54,095 bases of DNA, taken from contig JANNXQ010000289.1 in assembly GCA_031409655.1 (NCBI GenBank), positions 1 to 54,095 on the forward strand. The letters run 5' to 3'. The position numbers were made by a program, and so were the translations under genes. This DNA comes from Chthoniobacteraceae bacterium (GTDB lineage Bacteria; Verrucomicrobiota; Verrucomicrobiia; Chthoniobacterales; Chthoniobacteraceae). Below the pieces are notes generated by a model that saw only the letters and a list, made by a program, of their open reading frames with translations, did not search any database and was not told where the DNA came from. How positions within the stretch are numbered: position 1 is the first letter of the stretch; each line of letters starts with the position of its first letter. Positions 9,105 to 17,245 of this stretch are shown in pieces.

Positions 9105-9315
9105 GGCATGGGGCAAAGCTCAACTCGAACACGCCTGCGAACTGCAGCCCGCCCACCCGCTCGCCCAACTCGCCCTCGCGCGGTTTGAGCCGGACGCCAC
9201 GCGCCCCGGATTCCTCCGCCAGTTCAGCCTCGAGCGCCTCCTGCCCCAAGACCCGGCCGCCGGGCAACCCGCCCTCCTCCTCCGCGCCGCCAAACTGCGC
9301 CTCCGCGCGCGGTAA
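9105..9315 (+). pseudogene. Orphan coding-like fragment (helical, AWGKAQLEHACELQPAHPLAQLALARFE...LRAR*)
   Basis: Strong C/G-ending codon bias (ctc, gcc, cgc) in one frame ending in TAA, but no plausible start codon. Confidence 0.4.
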
Positions 9316-9339
9316 CGGCGAGCATCGGAGGAGGAGGTC

Positions 9340-9488
9340 AAGGAGTGGCGGACATTCCTGTCGCCGTGGTTGCTCCTGCTGCGGAGAAGCACACTTCCTG
9401 GCAAGGCGGTGGGTACGTCATTCGCCCGCGAAGGATGTCAGGCGCTTCGCGCGATGTGATCTCCGGCGACAGGAATGTCGCCGCTCCT
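9340..9488. repeat. GGAG-type REP inverted doublet
   Basis: aggagtggcggacattcctgtcgccg ... cggcgacaggaatgtcgccgctcct are inverted arms, each an internal hairpin. Confidence 0.8.
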
Positions 9489-9495
9489 CGCGCCG

Positions 9496-10725
9496 CTATC
9501 CGATCCAAGCTAGCGCTTTATCGGCGAGTTTATCGAAGGCGGTGATGGCTTGGATGAGGTGTTCTTCCTTGGTGTCTTCGATTTTGTTGTGGCTGATGCC
9601 GTGGAGGCTTTGGACGAACATCATCACGGTCGGCACGCCGGCGCGGGCGACTTCGGCGGCATCGTGCAGGGGGCCGCTCGGGAGACGGTGCGAGACGCCG
9701 CAGGTTTCGCGGATGGCCTCGTCGCAGAGCGCGATGAGATCTTCGTGGAAAGGGCGCGGCGCGATGTGCCAGAGGCGTTCCCAGGAAACGCCGACGTGGC
9801 CTTCGCTGGCGAAACGCTCGCTGGCAGCGTGCGCCTCGGCGAGCATCGCGGCGAGCGCGGTGGGATCGAGGTGGCGCTGATCGAGGGTGATGCGGCATTC
9901 CTCGACGACGCTGGTGACGATGCCCGGTTTCGTGGTGCAAGAGCCGATGGTGCAGACGCCGCTCCCGCTGCGTTCGGCGATGCGGTAGATTTCTGCGCTC
10001 ATCTTTCCCGCGGCGAGGAAGGCGTCCTTGCGGCGGTTCATCGGCGTGCTGCCGGAGTGCGCGGCCTGGCCGCGGAAGGTGATGGCGTGGCGCTCGACGC
10101 CGAAGGTGCCGAGCACGGCGCCGAGCGGAAGATCGAGGACGAGCAAGACCGGACCCTGCTCGATGTGCAGTTCGATGTACGCGGCGGCGTGGGCGAGTTC
10201 CTTGCCGCTGGCTTGCACATTTTCAAAGTCGATGCCGCACTCGCGCAGTGCGTCCGGCAAACGGATTCCGGCCTTGTCCACGAGCCCGCGCGCTTCGTCC
10301 ATGTCGAGATTCCCCGAGCACGCGGACGATCCGAAGAGGCTCTTGCCAAAACGCGCGCCTTCTTCATCGGCCCAATCCACGAGCCGCACCGTCACCGGCG
10401 GGCGACCTTGGTATTGCGCGTTCATTCGCCGCAGAATCGCGACCCCGGCCATAACATTGAGGCAGCCATCGAGCCACCCGCCATTCGGCACCGAGTCGAT
10501 ATGTCCGCCGATGAGCAGCTCCTTTTCCGAAGCGCCGCGCATGGTCGCCCAGAGATTACCAGCCTCGTCTTGATGAATCTCCACGGGCAACTCCTCCAGC
10601 TTGTGCCGGAGCCAGGTGCGCGCCGTGGCCCACTTCGGGGTAAAGGCCACACGCTGCGCACCATCTTCGTCGCCGGTGAGGGCCCGGAGTTCCTTGAGTT
10701 CGGCGATGGTGCGTTGGGGATTCAC
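9496..10725 (-). CDS. M20-family Zn amidohydrolase (beta-ureidopropionase / allantoate or ureidoglycolate amidohydrolase type)
   Basis: GTG start inferred (VNPQRT); GGHIDSVPNGGWLDG, DEEGARF, ELHIEQGP, AHSGSTPM, SGPLHDA, GISH. Confidence 0.85.
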   Translation of the reverse strand: MNPQRTIAELKELRALTGDEDGAQRVAFTPKWATARTWLRHKLEELPVEIHQDEAGNLWATMRGASEKELLIGGHIDSVPNGGWLDGCLNVMAGVAILRRMNAQYQGRPPVTVRLVDWADEEGARFGKSLFGSSACSGNLDMDEARGLVDKAGIRLPDALRECGIDFENVQASGKELAHAAAYIELHIEQGPVLLVLDLPLGAVLGTFGVERHAITFRGQAAHSGSTPMNRRKDAFLAAGKMSAEIYRIAERSGSGVCTIGSCTTKPGIVTSVVEECRITLDQRHLDPTALAAMLAEAHAASERFASEGHVGVSWERLWHIAPRPFHEDLIALCDEAIRETCGVSHRLPSGPLHDAAEVARAGVPTVMMFVQSLHGISHNKIEDTKEEHLIQAITAFDKLADKALAWIG

Positions 10726-10736
10726 AGGCGTCGGAA

Positions 10737-11075
10737 CTAACTCCCGCGATAGGTGCTGTAGGCCCACGGGCTGCAGAGCAGAGGCACGTGGTAGTGCGAG
10801 TCGGGATCGGTGATGTGAAAGCGCACGGGCACCGCATCGAGGAACTCGCACTCCGGGCCGAAGTAGGCACGGACGTGAAAAGTAAGTTCGTAGATTCCCG
10901 CCGTCAGCGCCGCACCCGCGAGAAGCGGGCCATCCGTCCGGCCGTCGGTGTTGGTCGTCGTCGTGATGAGTAACTCCGGCTGACCCGGGGCGAGTCGATG
11001 CAGTTCGATTTTGAGATGCGCCGCTGGTTTTCCGTCGGCGATATCGAGGACGTGGGTGGTCAGTTTTCCGGGCAT
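10737..11075 (-). CDS. uraH: 5-hydroxyisourate hydrolase (transthyretin-like)
   Basis: LTTHVLD...G.PA, TNTDGR, HYHVPLL and the C-terminal YRGS signature. Confidence 0.95.
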   Translation of the reverse strand: MPGKLTTHVLDIADGKPAAHLKIELHRLAPGQPELLITTTTNTDGRTDGPLLAGAALTAGIYELTFHVRAYFGPECEFLDAVPVRFHITDPDSHYHVPLLCSPWAYSTYRGS

Positions 11076-11076
11076 G

Positions 11077-11583
11077 TCAGGGGGCCACGATGTCGTTGAG
11101 CCGCAGTTGCGCAATCTTGTAGATCTCCTCCAGCGCCGTGGCGATCTCGGTGGCCGGCTCGTTGTTTAGACGCTGCTCCATGGCGGCGATGATCGCGTCC
11201 ACGTTGTTCAGACGCGCACAGATGATGAAGGGGAAATCGAAGCGCGCGCGGTAGGCCGTGTTGAGCGTTTGGATACGCTGGATCGTCGCCACGTCCGCCT
11301 GCGCGAATCCGGCGCTGGCCTGTTCGCGGCTGGATTCGGCGGTGACTTGTCCCTGCTGGGCGAGTCGTCCGGCGAGATCGGGGTGCGCGCGGATGAGGGC
11401 GAGCCGCCGCACTCCGGAACTCGCCGCGACGATCGCCACCAGCGCGCTGTGCAAGGCCGCCGCGCTGGCAAAGGGGCGCAGCTCCGCGGCCTTTTCGGCG
11501 ACCCATGGAGAGTGCTCGAAGACGCCGCCCGTCAGCGCGACAAAGGCGCTGGCCGGAAGGGCATTGAGTTGGTCGAGGGTCAC
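11077..11583 (-). CDS. uraD: OHCU decarboxylase
   Basis: GTG start inferred; [40 protein letters not shown]. Confidence 0.93.
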   Translation of the reverse strand: MTLDQLNALPASAFVALTGGVFEHSPWVAEKAAELRPFASAAALHSALVAIVAASSGVRRLALIRAHPDLAGRLAQQGQVTAESSREQASAGFAQADVATIQRIQTLNTAYRARFDFPFIICARLNNVDAIIAAMEQRLNNEPATEIATALEEIYKIAQLRLNDIVAP

Positions 11584-11729
11584 AGCGTTCGAGAAATTGC
11601 CACGGACGAGATCGGCAGAGCGAGTGCAGGATGAACGGTGCGGGACTTCGACGCCACGCTTGGTTTCGCCGGGTTTGCGCTTCACGATTCGTCTTTCCCG
11701 GACTCAGTCCACCAACCTCCCACGTCACC

Positions 11730-12572
11730 ATGATCCTCGGCCCCAATCGTTACGGAAAACAGCGCGTCCGCGTGCTGAAACTCAACCGTAAACCCGACCA
11801 GCATGTCGTCAAGGAACTGACCGTCAGCACGCTTTTGCAGGGCGACTTCAGTGCGGCGCACCTTGGCGGCGACAACTCCACGATCGTGCCGACCGACACG
11901 GTGAAAAACACCATCCACGTCCTCGCCAAAGATTGCCTCGGCGAAAACACCGAAGCTTTCGCCAACGCCCTCGCGAGTCACTTTCTCGATCGCTACGCCC
12001 ACCTCGAATCGGTGGAGGTCGAGATCCGGGAGCGCGTCTGGCAGCGCATGACGATCGACGGGACGCCGCATCCGCACAGCTTCATCGACCGCGACCAAGG
12101 CGTGCCGCTGGTCTCGCTGAAAAAATCGCGGGACGCCTTCATCCTGTGGTCGGGCATCACCGATCTCATCGTGCTGAAGGCGACGGAGGCCGCGTTCGCT
12201 GGTTTCCCGCGGTGCGAGTTCACGACGCTCCAGGAAGTGCCCGACCGGATCGTTGCCACGAGCATCTTCGCGCAATGGAACTACACGGCGCTCGACCTCG
12301 ATTTTGCCAAACTCAACGAGCGGATTTTGACCACGATGCTCGGAGTTTTTGCTAAGGAATTCAGTCCCTCGGTGCAGCGGACGCTTTTCCAAATGGGTGA
12401 GGCCGCGTTGCAGGCGGTGAGCGAAATTGCCGCGGTCGAAATAAAACTGCCGAACAAGCACTATCTCGGCATCGACCTCGCGCCGTTCGGACGCGAAAAC
12501 GCGAACGAAGTCTTCCTTCCGACCGACGAACCGCACGGCGAGATCGAGGCCATCGTGCAACGGTCGGCGTGA
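11730..12572 (+). CDS. pucL: Cofactor-independent urate oxidase (uricase)
   Basis: YGK..V, PTDTVKNT, VLK.T...F.GF, DRI, SPSVQRTL, PNKHY, PHGEI. Confidence 0.93.
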   Translation: MILGPNRYGKQRVRVLKLNRKPDQHVVKELTVSTLLQGDFSAAHLGGDNSTIVPTDTVKNTIHVLAKDCLGENTEAFANALASHFLDRYAHLESVEVEIRERVWQRMTIDGTPHPHSFIDRDQGVPLVSLKKSRDAFILWSGITDLIVLKATEAAFAGFPRCEFTTLQEVPDRIVATSIFAQWNYTALDLDFAKLNERILTTMLGVFAKEFSPSVQRTLFQMGEAALQAVSEIAAVEIKLPNKHYLGIDLAPFGRENANEVFLPTDEPHGEIEAIVQRSA

Positions 12573-12602
12573 GGCAACAGGGAGGCGACTTTGGACTGCG
12601 CG

Positions 12603-13415
12603 TCAGTCTCCGCCAGTCGCCCGGCGCAAATGACCCCCGGGCTTTTTCCGCAAAATCGGCAACAGCTCGGCCAGCACGCTGATCGCGATTTCCGCCGGGG
12701 AATCCGCGCCGATATCCAGCCCGATGGGTGCGTAAAGATTCGGCGCCTGGCGCGGGGCGAGGCCGCGGCGCTCCAGCTCCTCAAAGACTCGCGACACTTT
12801 GCGCCGGCTGCCGATCATGCCGATGTAGCGGAGCGCCGATCGATCGAGCGCGGCGGCCAGCGCCTCTTGATCGATCAAATAGTTGCGACTGACGATGACC
12901 AGCGCCTCATCCGATCGCCACGTTCGGCTGGCAATAAAGTCGGCGGGTGAAACGTCGCTGATGATCTGGTGAGCGTGCGTGAAATCCCTCAGCAACTCAG
13001 GGCGATCTTCGAGGACGGTGACGTGCAGGCCGGTTTCAGACGCGAGCCGCGCGATGGCCTGCGAGCAGTGTCCGCCGCCGATGAGGAAGATGGCCTCGTT
13101 CACGATCTGGGGCTCGAGGAGCACGGTGACTTCGCCTCCGCAGATGGCGCCAAAAGAGTCCGCGTCGTTTTCGTGCAGCGGGTAACGCCGCAAGCTTGGA
13201 CCTTTTTCGTGAAGAACTTTGCCGGCGTCTTCGATCACCAAGGCCTCGAATTTTCCGCCGCCGATCGTGCCGTCCGTCTTGCCATCCGCATAGACGATCA
13301 TCTTGGCTCCGGCCTCCCGCGGCACCGATCCGCTGGTGGCCGCGACGGTCACCAGCACGCAGGGAGTGCGGGCCTCGCGCGCCCGGAGCAGTGCCTGCAA
13401 TACCCAGTTGGTCAT
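12603..13415 (-). CDS. xdhC: XdhC/CoxI xanthine dehydrogenase Moco maturation factor
   Basis: GSVPREAGAKM, GTIGGG, CGG, GGGH, YIGMIGSRRK, PIGLDIGADSPAEIAIS. Confidence 0.92.
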   Translation of the reverse strand: MTNWVLQALLRAREARTPCVLVTVAATSGSVPREAGAKMIVYADGKTDGTIGGGKFEALVIEDAGKVLHEKGPSLRRYPLHENDADSFGAICGGEVTVLLEPQIVNEAIFLIGGGHCSQAIARLASETGLHVTVLEDRPELLRDFTHAHQIISDVSPADFIASRTWRSDEALVIVSRNYLIDQEALAAALDRSALRYIGMIGSRRKVSRVFEELERRGLAPRQAPNLYAPIGLDIGADSPAEIAISVLAELLPILRKKPGGHLRRATGGD

Positions 13416-13618
13416 GGCGCTTTCACAGGCCGTGATTGTGCGCGTGGGGACGGAAATGAGGCAAGCGTGACGGACAAAGTTGGGCGTGTCCCGTGCGGGG
13501 TCTTTTTAAAAAAAGCCGCATTCAGAAACAGCACCGCTTCCTCCCGACGATTGATTTGCCGAGCGAGACCAGCCACAAATCCCCCCACGCGCCTCCCGCG
13601 CCCCCGTCATCCCACTCC

Positions 13619-14629
13619 ATGGCCGCGATCTCTCTCGACCCTTCCGCTCCCGATTTCACCCGGCGCTGCGTCAATCTCGCTGACCGCCGACTGGGCGCGG
13701 AGGCGGTGGCGGCGAGCGACGATTTCTTTGCGCCGAAAGAGCGGATGCTGAATCCGGAGCCGGCGATCTTCATCCCCGGAAAATACGACGACCACGGCAA
13801 GTGGATGGATGGATGGGAAAGCCGGCGGCGGCGGGTGACGGGGCACGATTGGTGCGTCGTGAAATTGGCGCGTCCGGGAACGATCGAAGGCGTGGACCTC
13901 GACACCTCGCACTTCACGGGAAACTTTCCGCCCGCGGCTTCGGTCGAGGCGTGTCAGGTCGCCGCAGGGCATCCGTCCGACGCCACCGAGTGGCTCGAGA
14001 TCGTGCCGGCGAGCGCCTTGCAGGGCCAGAGCCACCACTACCTCGCCGCGTCCTCGACGCAGACTTTCACCCACGTGCGGTTGAATATTTTCCCCGACGG
14101 TGGGATCGCCCGGCTGCGGATCTACGGGCGTCCGCGAGTGGAGTGGCGGGATCTGGCAAAGGACACGCTGGTCGATCTCGCCGCGGTGGAAAACGGCGCG
14201 TACATCGTGGCGGCGAATAACCAGCACTTTGGCCTCGCCTCGGCACTGCTCCTCCCGGGGCGCGGGCTCAATATGGGCGATGGTTGGGAGACGAGGCGGC
14301 GCCGCGAGCCGGGGAATGACTGGTGCATCGTGGCGCTCGCGCATCCGGGCTCCATCCGCCGGGTGGTCGTCGATACCGCTTTCTTCAAAGGAAATTTTCC
14401 CGATCGCTGTTCGCTCCAGGCGGCGGCGGTGAAGGGCGGGACGGGCGACTCGCTAATCACGCAGTCGATGTTCTGGCCGACGCTGCTCCCGGAGCAGAAG
14501 CTGCAGATGGATCACGAGCATCCCTTCGCCGCCGAAGTCGTGGATCTCGGCATCGTGTCGCACGTGCGCTTCAATATTTTCCCCGATGGTGGCGTGTCGC
14601 GGCTGCGGCTCTGGGGATTCCTTGGCTAA
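13619..14629 (+). CDS. alc: Allantoicase
   Basis: Start [26 protein letters not shown] and DGWETRRRR duplicated domains, [18 protein letters not shown] twice. Confidence 0.95.
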   Translation: MAAISLDPSAPDFTRRCVNLADRRLGAEAVAASDDFFAPKERMLNPEPAIFIPGKYDDHGKWMDGWESRRRRVTGHDWCVVKLARPGTIEGVDLDTSHFTGNFPPAASVEACQVAAGHPSDATEWLEIVPASALQGQSHHYLAASSTQTFTHVRLNIFPDGGIARLRIYGRPRVEWRDLAKDTLVDLAAVENGAYIVAANNQHFGLASALLLPGRGLNMGDGWETRRRREPGNDWCIVALAHPGSIRRVVVDTAFFKGNFPDRCSLQAAAVKGGTGDSLITQSMFWPTLLPEQKLQMDHEHPFAAEVVDLGIVSHVRFNIFPDGGVSRLRLWGFLG

Positions 14630-14652
14630 ACGCGCGACGATGAAATCCGCTC

Positions 14653-15933
14653 ATGCCTGATTTCGATCTGCTCATCCGCGGTGCGCACCCGCATCCGGCG
14701 ATCGGAATCGCCGATGGCAAGTTCGCGGCCTTCGCCGAGGGCAGCGCGCGGGAGACGATCGACGCCACGGGCCTGCTCGTCCTGCCCGGCGTCGTGGATG
14801 CGCACGTTCATTTCAATGAACCGGGACGCGCGGAGTGGGAGGGTTGGGAGACGGGCTCGCGCGCCGCGCTCGCGGGTGGCGTGACCACGGTCTGCGACAT
14901 GCCGCTGAACTCCACGCCGCCGGTCGTCACCGTAGCAGCCTTCGACGCCAAGCGCGCTGCCGCGGGGGCGAAAAGCGCGTGTGACTTTGCCCTGTGGGGC
15001 GGCCTGATTCCCGGGCATCTCGACGATCTCGAGCCCCTCGCCGCGCGCGGCGCGATCGGCTTCAAGGCGTTCATGTCCGGCAGCGGGATCAGCGACTTTC
15101 CAAAGGCGGACCTGGCGACTCTGCGCGCCGGGATGCAGCGCGCGGCGGCGCTCGGGCGACTGGTCGCGGTCCATGCGGAGTTCGATCGCGAGCGAACCGG
15201 CAGCGGCACCACGGTGCGCGATTTCCTCGACTCCCGCCCGATCGAATCCGAGTGCGAGGCCATCCGCGCCGCGATCGATCTGGCCGGCGAGACGGGTTGC
15301 GCACTGCACGTCGTCCACGTGAGCAGTGCGGCGGGAATCGCCCTGATCACCGAGGCGCGAGCCCGCGGCGTGGACGTGACGGGCGAGGCTTGCCCGCATC
15401 ATCTCGTGCTCACCGAGGAGGACATGGAAACGCTCGGCGCGGTGGCAAAATGCGCGCCGCCACTGCGCAGCTCCGACGAGCGGAAAAAGCTCTGGTCGCG
15501 CGTACTCGCGGGCGGAGTGCAAACGATCGGCAGCGACCACTCGCCGTCGCCGTGGTCGCTGAAGAGCGATTCGGATTTCTTCAAAGTGTGGGGCGGCATC
15601 TCCGGCATCCAGCATCTCCTGCCCGTGCTCCTCGACGCCGGCCTCGACCCCGAAATTTGCGCGACCTTGACGGCCCTGCATCCGGCGCGCCGCTTCCACC
15701 TCGCCGGCAAGGGCGCGCTGCTCGTCGGCGCGGATGCGGACGTCGCGCTGGTCGAAATCGGCGGCACGCAGGAGGTCACCGCCGAGGCGCTTCTCTATCG
15801 GCACCGACACTCGCCTTACGTCGGGAGAAAACTGCGCGCCTGCGTCCGGCGCACGATTTTGCGCGGGCAAACCGTCTGCGTGGATGGCAAAGTCACCGGC
15901 GCGCCGCACGGGCGCCTGCTCCTCCCGACATGA
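14653..15933 (+). CDS. allB: Allantoinase
   Basis: DAHVHFNEPGRAEWEG, GGVTT..DMPLNS.P, GFKAF, HAE, KCAPPLR, SDHSP, WGGISG. Confidence 0.93.
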   Translation: MPDFDLLIRGAHPHPAIGIADGKFAAFAEGSARETIDATGLLVLPGVVDAHVHFNEPGRAEWEGWETGSRAALAGGVTTVCDMPLNSTPPVVTVAAFDAKRAAAGAKSACDFALWGGLIPGHLDDLEPLAARGAIGFKAFMSGSGISDFPKADLATLRAGMQRAAALGRLVAVHAEFDRERTGSGTTVRDFLDSRPIESECEAIRAAIDLAGETGCALHVVHVSSAAGIALITEARARGVDVTGEACPHHLVLTEEDMETLGAVAKCAPPLRSSDERKKLWSRVLAGGVQTIGSDHSPSPWSLKSDSDFFKVWGGISGIQHLLPVLLDAGLDPEICATLTALHPARRFHLAGKGALLVGADADVALVEIGGTQEVTAEALLYRHRHSPYVGRKLRACVRRTILRGQTVCVDGKVTGAPHGRLLLPT

Positions 15934-15937
15934 CTCC

Positions 15938-17245
15938 ATGAACGAACCCTCCATGAGCTTTACCCCCGACGAAGTGGCCCCGATCGCGGCTGCCTTGAGC
16001 GCCGCGAATCGCGACTTCCTCGTCCACTATCCCGGCGAGTCGAATCACCGCCAGCCGGTGCATGTGCTCTATGGCGGCGGGCATCTCTTCAAGGCGGATT
16101 CAGCGCGCAAGCTCGGCGAGTTGGCGCTGCGTTCCTTCCAGGAAAATGCACCCGATGCCGCGACGCTCGCCGCCGCGCTCGGGCTGAGCGGCGACCCCGC
16201 TTTCCTCCAGGCGCTCCATGATCGGGTGGGCGAAAAGCTGCGGCGCGAACCGGTCGAAGACTTCCGCCTCGATTACGAAGACGGCTACGGCAACCGGCTC
16301 GATGCCGAAGAAGATGGTCACGCCGCGCAAGGTGCCCGCGAAGTCGCCAGCGGATTGGCCGCTGGCACGCTGCCGCCTTTCATCGGCATCCGCATCAAGC
16401 CGATGAACGAGGATCTGCGCGCCCGGGCCACGCGCACGCTCGATATTTTCCTCACCACGCTGCTTACCGCATCGGGCGGACGGCTGCCGGAAAATTTCGT
16501 CATCACCGTCCCGAAAGTGCAGATCCCCGAGCAGGTCATCGCCGTCGGTCATCTCCTGGAAATCCTCGAACGCAAAAACGGTCTCGCCGTCGGGGCGCTG
16601 AAGATCGAGTTGATGCTGGAGACGCCCCAAGCCATCATCGACCAGCACGGGCGGCTCACCCTGCCGACGCTGCTCGCTGCGGCGCGGGGCCGGTGCGTCG
16701 CGGTGCATTTCGGCGTCTATGATTACACCGCCTCGCGCAATATCACCGCGGCCTATCAGGGCATGAGCCACGCGGTCTGCGATTTCGCCCGCGAGATCAT
16801 GGCGGTGGCGCTCGCAGGCACCGGCATTTTTCTCTCCGATGGGGCCACGAATATCCTGCCCGTCGGCTCCCGCGAGACCGTGCAACACGCCTGGCGCCTC
16901 GCCTTCGAGGACACCAGCCACTCGCTGCGCAACGGCATCTACCAGGGCTGGGACCTGCATCCGTCGCAGTTCATCCCGCGCTACGCCGCGGTCTATGCCT
17001 TCTTCCTCGGCGGACTCGAAGCCGCGTCGCGCCGGCTCAAAGCCTTCATGGAAAAAGCCGCGCTCGCGTCGCTCTGCGGCGATGTCTTTGACGACGCCGC
17101 GACCGGCCAGGGGCTGCTGAATTTCTTCTTGCGCGGCATCACCTGCGGCGCGATCACCGAAGCCGAAGCGCTGGCCACTGGGCTGACGCTCGAGGAAATC
17201 CGCTCGCGTTCCTTTTTGAAAATTCTGCTGGGGCGGAGGAAATGA
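15938..17245 (+). CDS. CitE/HpcH-HpaI/malate synthase-like TIM-barrel protein (DUF6986-like), function unknown
   Basis: RQPVHVLYGG, DFRLDYEDGYG, GIRIK, PKV, LMLET, HFGVYDYTA, SDGATN, YQGWDLHP; starts 4 nt after allB and overlaps the xdh start. Confidence 0.7.
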   Translation: MNEPSMSFTPDEVAPIAAALSAANRDFLVHYPGESNHRQPVHVLYGGGHLFKADSARKLGELALRSFQENAPDAATLAAALGLSGDPAFLQALHDRVGEKLRREPVEDFRLDYEDGYGNRLDAEEDGHAAQGAREVASGLAAGTLPPFIGIRIKPMNEDLRARATRTLDIFLTTLLTASGGRLPENFVITVPKVQIPEQVIAVGHLLEILERKNGLAVGALKIELMLETPQAIIDQHGRLTLPTLLAAARGRCVAVHFGVYDYTASRNITAAYQGMSHAVCDFAREIMAVALAGTGIFLSDGATNILPVGSRETVQHAWRLAFEDTSHSLRNGIYQGWDLHPSQFIPRYAAVYAFFLGGLEAASRRLKAFMEKAALASLCGDVFDDAATGQGLLNFFLRGITCGAITEAEALATGLTLEEIRSRSFLKILLGRRK

